A stretch of DNA of 64,000 bases from assembly GCA_965200965.1 (NCBI GenBank), contig OZ241744.1:960001-1024000 (forward strand), read 5' to 3'. The translations under genes and the position numbers were made by a program. The notes under the pieces were generated by a model, which made no database searches, was not told the DNA's origin, and worked only from the letters and a program-made list of their open reading frames with translations. The stretch comes from an uncultured Candidatus Binatia bacterium (GTDB taxonomy: Bacteria; Desulfobacterota; Binatia; Bin18). Below are positions 19,582-29,031 of the stretch, piece by piece; positions within the stretch are counted from its first letter, which is position 1, and each line of letters starts with the position of its first letter.

Positions 19582-20457
19582 CTACACGGTCTGCGCCCGC
19601 TCCACGACCGGGGCCACCCGGTCAATACAGCCGAGCGGGTTGCCCTCGGCAATCTCTTTGGCAAACGGCTGTGAGAAGAGGACGATCCGACCCGCGCCGG
19701 CGTCCCGGAAGGCAGCCAGTTCGTCGGCCGACAAGGCACCATCTCTGGGATCAACAAACGCCGACATCTCCAGCGCGTCCGGGTCACGGCCGGCCGCGCT
19801 GGTCATGTCCCGAATCGTGTTTACTTTTGTTTTATAGTCCTCGGGGTCAAACGCCAGCGGACACCAGCCGTCATAGGTGCGGGCGACCCGTTCCAGGGCT
19901 TTTGGCACATGTCCGCCCAAAAAGATCGGTGGACCGGACGGCTGGGCCGGTTTGGGATCGCAGTAGACGGGCGGGAACTGGACCATTTCGCCCTGATAGC
20001 TGGGCTCGTCTTGGGTCCAGCAGATGCGGAGCGCTTCGGTTGTCTCGCGCAGGCGTCTCCACCGCAGCCGAAAACTGGTACCCATGACCTCGGTCTCTTC
20101 GCGCAGCCAGCCGGCACCGACCCCGATCATCACCCGCCCGTTGGAGTACATGTCAAGACTGGCGATGACCTTGGCCGTGATCAGCGGCTCACGCTCCGGG
20201 AATAAACAAATGCCGGTCGCCAGCTTGAGCCGTGCGGTAGCCGCGGCGGCCATTGTCAGGGCCACAAACGGGTCTGCCCAGCGGTTGTAATGCTGGGGCA
20301 GTCTTCCCCCGCCCGGCACCTCGGTTTTGAAGCCAACCGGAATCACCGGGTGTTCGGGAATCCACAGCGACTCAAAGCCCAGCCCTTCGAGCCGCTGGGC
20401 AATTTCGGTGATATTCCTGGTGTTTGAGGTGGCCGGGATCAGAATGCCAATATCCAT
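19582..20457 (-). CDS. LLM-class (probably F420-dependent) oxidoreductase
   Basis: GFESLWIPEH, DPFVAL..AAAAT..LKLATGI, GVGAGWL.EE, PKPAQ..GPPIFLGG; RBS AAGGAGG. Confidence 0.88.
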   Translation of the reverse strand: MDIGILIPATSNTRNITEIAQRLEGLGFESLWIPEHPVIPVGFKTEVPGGGRLPQHYNRWADPFVALTMAAAATARLKLATGICLFPEREPLITAKVIASLDMYSNGRVMIGVGAGWLREETEVMGTSFRLRWRRLRETTEALRICWTQDEPSYQGEMVQFPPVYCDPKPAQPSGPPIFLGGHVPKALERVARTYDGWCPLAFDPEDYKTKVNTIRDMTSAAGRDPDALEMSAFVDPRDGALSADELAAFRDAGAGRIVLFSQPFAKEIAEGNPLGCIDRVAPVVERAQTV

Positions 20458-20474
20458 CGTGTGTTCCTCCTTTT

Positions 20475-21632
20475 TCAGGCTGCCGGAAGGCTGTCCAGCG
20501 GCAGCAGAAAAGCCCACAGGTCGCGCCGGACGCCGGCGTTTTTCATGGCCAGTTGAGCCGAACGCATGACCTCGCCGGCTTTGGTCAAGTCCCGATACCA
20601 GCGCGCGCCGGCCCAGGCTGCCGGGGTATGTGTGACAATCGCCAGGGCCGCGGTCTCGTAATAGCCTCGGATGTCCTGGGCCACCCGGGCCGGAATGCCG
20701 GGAATCTCAGCCTCTTTCCACGGCGTTCCCTGGGCAATACGGATAAACGCCTCGAGCGCAGCCGGGATATCGTCCGGCCCGACCGCGCGGCCGGCGGCAA
20801 CGCGGTTGCCGTACTGGGCTACCGCCCGGTCGTAGGCTGCCCGCAGGCCACGCGCCTCATCCACCGCGGGGTGGGCGTCGGGGTCGTAGCGGGGCGGGAG
20901 GGAGCAGACCAGGGTCTCGGAGCCCTGGTCTGTCACCCGCTCAGGAAAATCTTCCAGGACCGGCTGGTCAGATTTCAGCAGGGAAAATCCGTGGGCCAGG
21001 ACCCGGTGCTGGAAGGCTGCATCGCCGGGCTTGCCGAGCGGACGGCCGAGCGGGAAGTCGCAGAACAGACCACGCGGCGGAGCCGTATTGAGCAGCTGCT
21101 CACGGATGGAACCCAACACGATCGTGGCCATACCGGCCGCCTCAAAGATATGGGCCAGCGTACTCACGGTACGCGTACACAGCGGTCAGACCGGGGTCAG
21201 CACGACGACATCAACGCCCTGCTCGCGCAGACAGGCCGCTCCGGCCGGTCCGCCGTCCAGGCGAATCCGGGCCAGATCAAACTGGTTGCCGGCGTAGGCG
21301 AGGTGCTGGTCGGCCAGCCTGCCAATTGTGCCCTGGGCGGCGAGTTCACCAAGCCGATCGATCGGGAACACCACATTCAGATCAACCGCCACGCCCGAGG
21401 TGTCGAAGTTCGGACTCCAGTGCCCAACCAGATAGTCCCGCCGCGAGCCGTCAAGCACCCGGTAGCTGGTATCCATCGGGGCAAAGTCGTCCTGCTCAGG
21501 GTGGTGGAGTGAGGCCGATGTCACCAGCGCAACGGTGGCCTCTTCCAGCCGCGGCGGGCTGGTAAAGGCCGGGGTATCAAACACCGGACACTCAATGTTG
21601 CGGACCTCGTCTTTGATCCCTGTATCAGACAT
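20475..21632 (-). CDS. Selenoprotein of the D-proline/glycine reductase B (PrdB/GrdB-like) family with a C-terminal extension, 385 aa, Sec149
   Basis: ORFs 21186-21632 and 20475-21167 are in the same frame, separated by a TGA at 21186-21188 plus 6 codons. Read-through gives VVLTPV-U-PLCTRTVSTLAH (UxxC). PrdB-like motifs VALVTSA, DLNVVFPIDRL, PPR...FPLGRPLG. A SECIS-like hairpin follows the UGA. Confidence 0.9.
21158..21188 (-). promoter_or_regulatory. Bacterial SECIS element
   Basis: mRNA reads UGA-CCGCUGUGUAC-GCGUAC[CGUGA]GUACGC: a perfect 6-bp stem starting 11 nt after the UGA, with G-U in the apical loop. Confidence 0.8.
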
Positions 21633-21641
21633 GCCGCCTCC

Positions 21642-22841
21642 TCAGTTGAGTTTGTAGACCTTGGCCACGTTTTCGCCCAGGACGCCGCGGCGGGCCGTGT
21701 CAGTCATGGGTGCCACCATCTCGCCCAGTTCTTCGAGATAGTTATCGGGATGGTCGGGGTGGGGGTAATCGCTGGCCCAGAAAAACTTGTCCTCGCCAAC
21801 TATGGCGGTCAGCCCGGCAATCGTCCGCTCTTCGGGGTCGGCCGAAATATAACACTGGCGCTTGAAGTAAGAGGAAGGCGGGTCTTTCAGCCTGACCGTT
21901 GCGTTCAGCGTCGTGCCTTTGAAGATGGCGTCGGCCCGGTCCAGGAAGTAGCCGATCCAGCCGGCCTGCGACTCTAAGACCACAGCGCGCAGGCGCGGGA
22001 AGCGCTCAAAGACGCCGAACTGAAAAAACGTGGCAAAGGCGTGCTGGACGGCCTGACCGGCGAACAGATCGTTATACCAGGCCGCCCAGCCAAACTTGTC
22101 GTAGCGGTGGTGGATGCTGAACTCGGGCGGCTCAAAGGTCGGATGAATGGCCAGCGGCACGTCGAGGTCTTGGGCCGCGGCAAAGACCGCGTCGTGGCGC
22201 GGGTCGCCATGCGGAATGCGGGTGATCGTAAATGGAGCGACAAACGCGCCTTGACAGCCGTCTTTGACGGCGCGTTGCAGCTCACGCGCAGCTGCCTCAG
22301 GCTCGCCCAGGGACAGATGGGCAATCGGGATCAGCCGTCCACCGGAGTCGCGGCAAAAGTCGGCAATCCAGCGGTTATAGGCCCGGCAGCAGGCCGACGA
22401 CAGCTCGGCATCAAACAGCTCGGCCTCCCACAGCAGACCGAGGGTCGGATACAGAATGGCCTTTTCCATATGTTCCCGGTCGAGGAGTTCCAGCCGCTCC
22501 TTCATGTGCATTGTCCCAAACGCGGCACCCCGCAGATAGGTCTGCTCCGGTCCCATCCGAATGGCCCGTATGTCTTGCGGGTTGACCTCGCCACTCAGCG
22601 CCTTGCGGCGGAGTTGGTGCGCTTCTTCAACCTGCTTGCCCATACCGCCCAGCGTGCCCAGCATCCCGGGTTTGACCAGCTTGGCCGGCTTTTGATCAAC
22701 CTCCAGGTATTCATAACCATCCTCACCGACCCGCAGACGCAAGGCTCGTTCACGATACTGGGGTTCGAGATAGGATTCCCACAGATCGGGCGGTTCCAGA
22801 ATATGGCCGTCACAATCAATCACTACAGGTTCTGCCGTCAT
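21642..22841 (-). CDS. Amidohydrolase-2 family hydrolase/decarboxylase
   Basis: VIDCDGHILEP, LYPTLG, RAYNRWIADFC, LAIHP, LESQAGW, WASDYPHPD. Confidence 0.9.
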   Translation of the reverse strand: MTAEPVVIDCDGHILEPPDLWESYLEPQYRERALRLRVGEDGYEYLEVDQKPAKLVKPGMLGTLGGMGKQVEEAHQLRRKALSGEVNPQDIRAIRMGPEQTYLRGAAFGTMHMKERLELLDREHMEKAILYPTLGLLWEAELFDAELSSACCRAYNRWIADFCRDSGGRLIPIAHLSLGEPEAAARELQRAVKDGCQGAFVAPFTITRIPHGDPRHDAVFAAAQDLDVPLAIHPTFEPPEFSIHHRYDKFGWAAWYNDLFAGQAVQHAFATFFQFGVFERFPRLRAVVLESQAGWIGYFLDRADAIFKGTTLNATVRLKDPPSSYFKRQCYISADPEERTIAGLTAIVGEDKFFWASDYPHPDHPDNYLEELGEMVAPMTDTARRGVLGENVAKVYKLN

Positions 22842-22915
22842 GTCCTCCGTCCTCTCGTGTCTTGTTGCTGCGCCCCTTGGACTACAGCCTTTGTGTTTTT
22901 GCGCTCATAAGCGGC

Positions 22916-23254
22916 TCATACCCCAGCCCGCCGGGGCGCAATACCGGCCACATCAACATAGACCTCGTCGCCCTCAATTTTGACCCGATAGCGCGCCAAC
23001 TCGCAGTCATCGGGATTGATGCCCCGGCCGGTGGTCACATCGAACTCCCAGCGGTGCGAGTTGCAGATCAATACCCGCCGTCCGTCGAACTCACCGGCAG
23101 ACAGGGGGAAACTCTGGTGCGGACACTCGCCCTGTATGGCGATCAGTCCACCGCCGTGGGGATGGACAAGGACAATGGCTTGTCCGTCTACCTCGAATTC
23201 GGCAAGGTCGCCCTCCCAGACCTCATCCACCCGACACACCCGGATAAACGCCAT
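22916..23254 (-). CDS. Rieske [2Fe-2S] ferredoxin, toluene-4-monooxygenase TmoC-like
   Basis: CPHQ...CNSH ligands; TGRGINPDDCELARY closely recalls TmoC. Confidence 0.85.
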   Translation of the reverse strand: MAFIRVCRVDEVWEGDLAEFEVDGQAIVLVHPHGGGLIAIQGECPHQSFPLSAGEFDGRRVLICNSHRWEFDVTTGRGINPDDCELARYRVKIEGDEVYVDVAGIAPRRAGV

Positions 23255-23451
23255 CGTCTTTCGCCACTCTATCAGGACAGGGGATCGTCGCCATGTGTTC
23301 AGCGTGTTTCGCTCTGGTGCGGCAACACTAAGCTATCTCACCGCTCCGAGCAACACCTGTCATACGCCCAGCGGGGATATGGCCGATGTACCGCCATCTG
23401 CAGGAGCGCGAGCTGCCGCATTGCGGGCGGTTGGCTGAGGGCGTGGCGTGG

Positions 23452-23910
23452 TCATGGGCTGTCAAGCTGTGGCGTCACGCGTACCGCAACAATTTTGCCG
23501 GCCTGCACCCGGTCGGCTACGGGCCTCGCCCAATACAGCAGCCATGCCGCCCAGTATTTGCGCTCATATCCGACATTGATCCGGTCCAGAGTCGGCCTAT
23601 CGGTCACGATGTGTGTCTGTCCGGTAAAGGCCGGGCCGGCCGTGTCGTCAAGCCACACTTGGGCCGGACTACCCCGCCGGATGCGCCGGGCTTTATACGA
23701 GCCTGGCGCGGTATGGAAATAGATGTCCTGCCCGTCGTACAGGAACCAGACAGGAGCGGCCCTGCCCCATTCGCCGTTCGCGCGCCGGGTCGCTATGGAT
23801 ATCAGTTTCCGGGTCTCGAGAGCCGTTTTCATCGAATCCTTCAGTTGGCCCGCGCCATAGGCGACAACGCACACGCTGAGGGCCAGCAGAAGAGCGAGAA
23901 GAAGAGGCAT
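23452..23910 (-). CDS. Exported pyridoxamine-5'-phosphate oxidase-like (split-barrel) protein
   Basis: RBS GGAGG; signal peptide MPLLLALLLALSVCVVAYG; IATRRANG...PVWF...KARRIRR..P...Y.RKY. Confidence 0.7.
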   Translation of the reverse strand: MPLLLALLLALSVCVVAYGAGQLKDSMKTALETRKLISIATRRANGEWGRAAPVWFLYDGQDIYFHTAPGSYKARRIRRGSPAQVWLDDTAGPAFTGQTHIVTDRPTLDRINVGYERKYWAAWLLYWARPVADRVQAGKIVAVRVTPQLDSP

Positions 23911-23968
23911 GAGGGTTCCTCCATCCGTCGGGAGCGGCACGTTCAGGTCCGCAAATACGACCCCCCGT

Positions 23969-24208
23969 TCACAGCAATGATCCTGCCAGTGGCAAAGTTG
24001 GCCTGACCGGAAGACAGAAAGGCGACAATCGCGGCACCTTCCTCGGGAAGGTCTGGTGCGGCCTGCCGGCCAGCGAGGCCAGGGTCTCCTCAGCCACCGA
24101 GCGGTCCTGGTTATAGTGGATCGCGACCCGCCCGCCCCGCTGGGCGATGGCGCGGCCAATGCCACGCGCCGCGCCGGTGACGAGGACGGCTTTGTTTGTC
24201 ACGCTCAT
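23969..24208 (-). pseudogene. Truncated SDR oxidoreductase fragment
   Basis: AVLVTGAARGIGRAIA...VAIHY Rossmann start, but similarity stops after about 55 aa and there is no YxxxK. Confidence 0.7.
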
Positions 24209-24309
24209 GCCTATGCCTCCGCTTGCTTCCTGACCCGGAGACTACCATAGATTCAAGAAGAATTGAATGATATGGCAGTCGCATGAACAGTGCAGGAGGA
24301 ACAGAGTCT

Positions 24310-24795
24310 ATGCAGATAAGGTCTCGTTCGGCAATCGTTCTCAGTCTCGCCTTTTTGCTGGTGTGTTTGTCGTCGCTCGCCTACGGGGCAGACGATCTCG
24401 CGGCTCTCAAAGCAAACTTTGAGGCGGAAATGACGGGTCTCAATACCAAGGACCTCGCCGCGGCCCTGGCCGAGACCCACGATGATATCGTTCTGTTCGG
24501 GATCTTCTCGCCTTTTCCTTCAGACGGCAAAAAAGAGTTTGAGCAAGCGGTCAAATCGTACTTTGGCAGCTACGCCAAGGCCGAGTTTACCCCCGTCTCG
24601 CCGCAGTTTCGGATTGTTGGTACAACCGCGGTCGCCTGGGGCCACTACCAACTGGCCGCCACTCCCAAGGGCGGGGAGCAGACGGCCTACTCACACGGCC
24701 GGTACATCTTCACCCATGTCAAGGTCAACGACAAATGGCTCATTCTGAGCATGCATATCTCGCCGCTTGAACCGTATCGACAGCCCCCGTTCTAA
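24310..24795 (+). CDS. Secreted SnoaL/NTF2-like protein
   Basis: Signal peptide; GRYIFTHVKVNDKWLILSMHIS C-terminal NTF2 pattern. Confidence 0.75.
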   Translation: MQIRSRSAIVLSLAFLLVCLSSLAYGADDLAALKANFEAEMTGLNTKDLAAALAETHDDIVLFGIFSPFPSDGKKEFEQAVKSYFGSYAKAEFTPVSPQFRIVGTTAVAWGHYQLAATPKGGEQTAYSHGRYIFTHVKVNDKWLILSMHISPLEPYRQPPF

Positions 24796-24927
24796 ACTCC
24801 GGCCGCCTGTGGCGGGGCACGCCGGCCGCACTCAGCCACCAGGGCCATGCTCCGGCTTACACGCCGAGCTCGGTGGGGTCCCGGTGGCGTTCAGGGGGAG
24901 TAAAGAACCGGCTGGGAGGAGCGAGCG

Positions 24928-25332
24928 ATGAAAGGACACGCCCGTCAACTCATGACCGCTCCTGTGGCGACGGCTTCGCCTGAGACAAGCCTGGCTGAGG
25001 CGGCTCGGGAACTGGCCGACATCGCGATCAGCGGTTTGCCGGTTGTGGAGAGTTCGGGCCAAGTCGTGGGAATCATCACCGAAAGCGATTTGCTGAACGC
25101 CCTGCTCCAGTCAGTACCAGCCGAGACACCGGTCCGCACCCTGATGACCCGGTCGGTCGTCACGGTTGACGAGTTTGCCTCGGCCAACAGCGTCGTGCGG
25201 CTGCTGCGCCTCAAGCAACTCCACCATCTGCCCGTCACCCGTCAGGGGAGTGTCGTGGGCCTTATCACCCCCCAAGACGTGATTCGCTATGTTGTCACCC
25301 ACGAGTTCCCGCCTCCCCCCGATGTGGCCTGA
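24928..25332 (+). CDS. CBS-domain protein
   Basis: Two CBS repeats (ISGLPVV...VGIITESDL; HHLPVT...VGLITPQDV); RBS GGAGGAG. Confidence 0.88.
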   Translation: MKGHARQLMTAPVATASPETSLAEAARELADIAISGLPVVESSGQVVGIITESDLLNALLQSVPAETPVRTLMTRSVVTVDEFASANSVVRLLRLKQLHHLPVTRQGSVVGLITPQDVIRYVVTHEFPPPPDVA

Positions 25333-25426
25333 GCGTGTGTTGCAAAGCTGCGCCACCGTGCTCTGGCGTGGGCTATCCGGCTTGTTGAGCTGACAGGCCG
25401 GCAGACAAGCCCTGCTTTCCGTTGAC

Positions 25427-25612
25427 TCATTCTTCCCGTCTCCGCTCGAGCTCGCGCTCCTCATCCAGCCATTTCTGACATTCCTCGTCACAGTGTGGGC
25501 GGGCTGGCAGAGCCCGCGCGATGCCGGGTTCCAGTTCTCCCGGCGGGCTACGCCACGACGCACAGGCACTAACGGTGAGCACCAGAGCGAATAACAGCGG
25601 GGTCAGCAGCAT
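25427..25612 (-). CDS. Small lipoprotein
   Basis: RBS AAGGAGG; MLLTPLLFALVLTVSAC lipobox; starts 10 nt after the protease stop. Confidence 0.6.
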   Translation of the reverse strand: MLLTPLLFALVLTVSACASWRSPPGELEPGIARALPARPHCDEECQKWLDEERELERRREE

Positions 25613-25622
25613 GGCTTCCTCC

Positions 25623-27209
25623 TTAGCAGCCCGGCGGGTCACAAGTTCGTGTAGAAGGTGAGCGGAAGGGCGACTTGGTGCCCCAGAAATGGGAGAACGG
25701 CATCCCGGCGTTCTGGAAAGCGCGCTTGATATGATCGGCGGGAATAAAGGCTGCTCCGCGCCGGTTTCCGAGACTCGCAAGCGGTCCTCCGGCAATAAGG
25801 ACTCCGGCGACATGCCGGTTGCCCCGCCCGCCAAAGGCCACGAGTGCACCAGAGTCTCCCCCTATCACACCAGCATTAAGCCAATCGACACAGCACACGC
25901 GATACAGTTTGCCGCTACTTTTGTAGATCATGGCCCGTTGGGTAGTCAGGACCTTCGAAGTGACGTGTGTGCGTGACCCCCAAATCACCAGTCTGTGGCC
26001 GCTTCTGGATGTGCGAATCCTGCCAGACGGACCGTTGATATAGCTGCTGGCAGACCGTTGCATTCGGCGGGTCGGTTCGACACCGGTCGGGTTATTATGA
26101 GGCGGGGCATCATAGTGGCCAAAGGGAGTATGGGCGATGGCCGCAATGTCAGGATAGATCGAGGTCGGATTATTGGGCGCACTGTCTAGCAAACAGGGTC
26201 GGTCATTGCTGACAGAGTAACTACACGGGGTCAGGCGGAACGTCTTGGCCACATAGCCAAAGAGGTTCCCTGAGGATACCGTCGGTTGGTAGATAGGCAC
26301 AGTGCCCGGGGTCGGATTCGGATCATTCATGTTCAACTTGACATTATGGGCAGCCGTGAGGGACCAGATCAGGCAACACCCGCCGGCGTGCCGCACGACA
26401 TGGGGACCGAGCGTCCCTGCCCACATGGATCTGTTCGTGGAAGGATTGGCCGACATGATCCCAGCCCCGGCCGGCACAGGCCGAAAGCGCGCATTCTGGT
26501 GGCTCTCCGCCTGCATCATGTCTTCGATCACCACTTTGACGGGCACACCCTCAATTGTCAGCGGGACGAGGTCGGTGTTGCGTGCCGCGTTGGGACGAAT
26601 TGACACTTCGAATCCTTCAGTTCCAATACCGAATGCATGGACGCCAGGAATACTCATAATCTCGTCCATGTTGCGGTAATGGATGCGGATCAGGTCAATT
26701 TTCGGCACGGGATAGTCATCGGAAAACGGCTCATCGTCAGTCGGACCAACATAGGCTTGGCGTCCAATATACCAGATCGGTTCGCCGGTGTCAGGGTCAA
26801 TCGTTTCGCGCTCTTCGCCGTCCTCCAGCGGAGCAGGATTCGGGACATGGCGCAGAATCAGGTGTTCCTTGTCCCCGACTTCGACACTCTCGAAGATTTG
26901 GTAACGTCCTTCATTAAGTCCTGGCACGGTGAAACATGTGTCACACTCGAAGTGTGGCAGACGGTCGTCTACGCGCCCGATCGGGCCGGGGTACTGCGGT
27001 TCGGGGTCTTCGTCTCCAGGCAGAGAGGGGTCGTCAAGGGCACCGCTTCCGTCATCAACAGAACCGATGGAGCCTTGCCCCTGTCCCGGTCCCATACCAG
27101 GATCAAGCAAGTTTGATCCTGATTGGGCAAAAGCGGACGGAACAGTGAGAAAGGAAAACAGGGTAACCGGGAATATCCAGAACCAACGACGGGAAAAAAT
27201 CTGGCACAT
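25623..27209 (-). CDS. Secreted trypsin-like (S1/Nal1-like) serine protease with acidic pro-region
   Basis: Signal peptide ending SAFA-Q; catalytic triad motifs LTAAH, DIAAI and GGDSG. Confidence 0.8.
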   Translation of the reverse strand: MCQIFSRRWFWIFPVTLFSFLTVPSAFAQSGSNLLDPGMGPGQGQGSIGSVDDGSGALDDPSLPGDEDPEPQYPGPIGRVDDRLPHFECDTCFTVPGLNEGRYQIFESVEVGDKEHLILRHVPNPAPLEDGEERETIDPDTGEPIWYIGRQAYVGPTDDEPFSDDYPVPKIDLIRIHYRNMDEIMSIPGVHAFGIGTEGFEVSIRPNAARNTDLVPLTIEGVPVKVVIEDMMQAESHQNARFRPVPAGAGIMSANPSTNRSMWAGTLGPHVVRHAGGCCLIWSLTAAHNVKLNMNDPNPTPGTVPIYQPTVSSGNLFGYVAKTFRLTPCSYSVSNDRPCLLDSAPNNPTSIYPDIAAIAHTPFGHYDAPPHNNPTGVEPTRRMQRSASSYINGPSGRIRTSRSGHRLVIWGSRTHVTSKVLTTQRAMIYKSSGKLYRVCCVDWLNAGVIGGDSGALVAFGGRGNRHVAGVLIAGGPLASLGNRRGAAFIPADHIKRAFQNAGMPFSHFWGTKSPFRSPSTRTCDPPGC

Positions 27210-27407
27210 GACACACATCCTTTCTACCCATGGTATGGGTATGGGCGGATAAATTGGACAGCGAACATCCACGGTCAGGTCTACTCTCCTTTCTTCGGCC
27301 AGCGTGGCCGATGCCAGATTGTTGCGTCTGCGCATCACACCGCTCCTGTCTCCGCACCAGAACGGAAGAATGATCAAGAGCGGCGGCAGCTGTATACAGA
27401 ACCTATT

Positions 27408-27423
27408 TGCAAGCTGTGTGCCA
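27408..27423 (-). promoter_or_regulatory. Sigma54 (-24/-12) promoter upstream of the protease gene
   Basis: Minus strand TGGCACACAGCTTGCA, with exact GG-N10-GC spacing. Confidence 0.8.
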
Positions 27424-27474
27424 CGCCGAAAACGGCTGTACAGGACCGATTTACCACCTCTCGCCACCCGCGAC

Positions 27475-27490
27475 GTCCCATTTTTAGGAC
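27475..27490. promoter_or_regulatory. Putative enhancer (bEBP binding site)
   Basis: GTCCCA-TTTT-TAGGAC, a near-copy of the palindrome at 29032-29047, about 50 bp upstream of the -24 box. Confidence 0.55.
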
Positions 27491-27709
27491 AGAGCAAGGG
27501 CTTAGATGTTGCAAAGCTGGGATACCGCGCTATGAGGCAGTGGGGATGCAACCGCCCTGGCAAGTCTGATCACAGAGCTGCTGGCGGTGGAAACCGGCCA
27601 GTATGCGGAGCGGGGGATTCAGACCAACAAAACGGACTAGCGCCATTCGGACCGCTCCCAAATCGCGCCCACCGCATAGCTCGCAAGGTCGGGATGATTT
27701 GAGCGAAGC

Positions 27710-29020
27710 TCAGTCGGGCCCAATCCCAAGTTGCTCCATTTTGCGGTACAGCGAAGAGCGGCTGATCCCCAGCAGCTTGGCCGCCCGCCCTCGGTCCTGA
27801 CCGGCTTCCCGCAGCACATAGTCGATGTGGCTTTTTTCGTAGCCCTGGAGCGCACTTTTCAGTTCATAGCCACCAGGGTGGCCGGTGTCGCGTCTGAACA
27901 CGCCTCTACTCGCACGCTCTAGGACATTCTCCATCTCGCGCACATTGCCCTTCCAGGGCGCGGCGATGAGGAGCTGCATGGCCTCGTGGGTCACCCCCTT
28001 GCAGTTTTTCTTCATCTCCACATTATGACGCTGAATCAGATGCTCAACCAAGCGGGGAATATCGACCCGCCGCTCGCGCAGCGGCGGCACCGCAATGCCG
28101 ACCACATTGAGTCGATAGAACAGGTCTTCGCGGAAGCGCCCGGCCTCGGTCTCTTTTTCGAGATCCCGATTGCTGGCGGCCAGGATACGCACATCGACCT
28201 GTATGGGGGTGGCCGCCCCGACTGGCAAGACCTCTTTGCGCTCAATAACCCGCAACAGCTTGGGCTGGAGGGGCGGGGGCAGCTCACCGATCTCGTCCAG
28301 GAAAATCGTCCCTCCCCGGGCCTTGCGGAACAGGCCGTCCTGAGCGCTCAGGGCACCTGTAAACGCGCCCTTGGTATGGCCAAACAGTTGGCTCTCTAAG
28401 AGCGTGTCCGGGATAGCGCTACAGTTCACGGGCAGAAAGACCTTCTCCTTACGCGGACTCTCAGCGTGAATCGCTCGGGCGACGAGTTCCTTGCCTACCC
28501 CGCTCTCGCCGGTGATCAGAACCGTGCTGGCCGCCGGCGCAACTTTGCCGATCATCTTCAGCACCTCGCGCATCGCCGGGCTCTCCCCCACCATACCGCC
28601 GGGGTCAATATGTCGGTTGACCTCGCGCCGCAACATCTGATTTTCCCAGGCCAGGCTCTTGTGCTCCATCAGCCAATGGACCTTGCGCAGTAAGTCATCA
28701 AGCACGATCGGCCTGAGCAGATAGTCTTGGGCACCGAGCCGGAGTGCAGCAACAGCCGTATCAACCGAGGCATGGGCGGTCATAATCATCACAAAGGTTT
28801 GGGGGGCAACCTCTCGCACATGCTGGAGCACATCTAGGCCGTCGGCCCCAGGCATGCACAGGTCGGTCAGCACCAAGTCGAAGTCGCACTCATCAATGGC
28901 AACTAGCGCCGCCCGGCCATCGGTGACCTCATGGACCCGATAGCCTTTTTCGTGCAAAACCCGACAGATATTTTTTCGCGGGATGGTTTCATCTTCGGCC
29001 ACGAGAATGGTTCCCATCAT
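27710..29020 (-). CDS. Sigma54-dependent response regulator (REC-AAA+-Fis HTH, NtrC/AtoC family)
   Basis: REC (AEDE, TDLCMP), GESGVGKE, GAFTGA, LDEIGE, GRFREDLFYRL, WKGNVRE, AAKLLGISRSSLYRK. Confidence 0.93.
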   Translation of the reverse strand: MMGTILVAEDETIPRKNICRVLHEKGYRVHEVTDGRAALVAIDECDFDLVLTDLCMPGADGLDVLQHVREVAPQTFVMIMTAHASVDTAVAALRLGAQDYLLRPIVLDDLLRKVHWLMEHKSLAWENQMLRREVNRHIDPGGMVGESPAMREVLKMIGKVAPAASTVLITGESGVGKELVARAIHAESPRKEKVFLPVNCSAIPDTLLESQLFGHTKGAFTGALSAQDGLFRKARGGTIFLDEIGELPPPLQPKLLRVIERKEVLPVGAATPIQVDVRILAASNRDLEKETEAGRFREDLFYRLNVVGIAVPPLRERRVDIPRLVEHLIQRHNVEMKKNCKGVTHEAMQLLIAAPWKGNVREMENVLERASRGVFRRDTGHPGGYELKSALQGYEKSHIDYVLREAGQDRGRAAKLLGISRSSLYRKMEQLGIGPD

Positions 29021-29031
29021 AACAATACCCC

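Noticed and set aside
20424-21512. 362-aa plus-strand ORF across the selenoprotein
   Set aside because: No recognisable motifs; the minus strand explains the region, with RBS, family motifs and SECIS.
22862-24006. Plus-strand ORFs of 286 and 206 aa
   Set aside because: They overlap the better-supported minus-strand ferredoxin and PPOX-like genes and have no domain signal.
25341-25355. Sigma54 promoter TGGCGCAGCTTTGCA on the minus strand
   Set aside because: GG-to-GC spacing is 9 rather than the required 10, and it points antisense into a CBS gene.
27210-27563. N-terminal 117 aa of the 646-aa protease ORF
   Set aside because: It contains the sigma54 promoter and enhancer; the signal peptide and RBS indicate a start at 27209.
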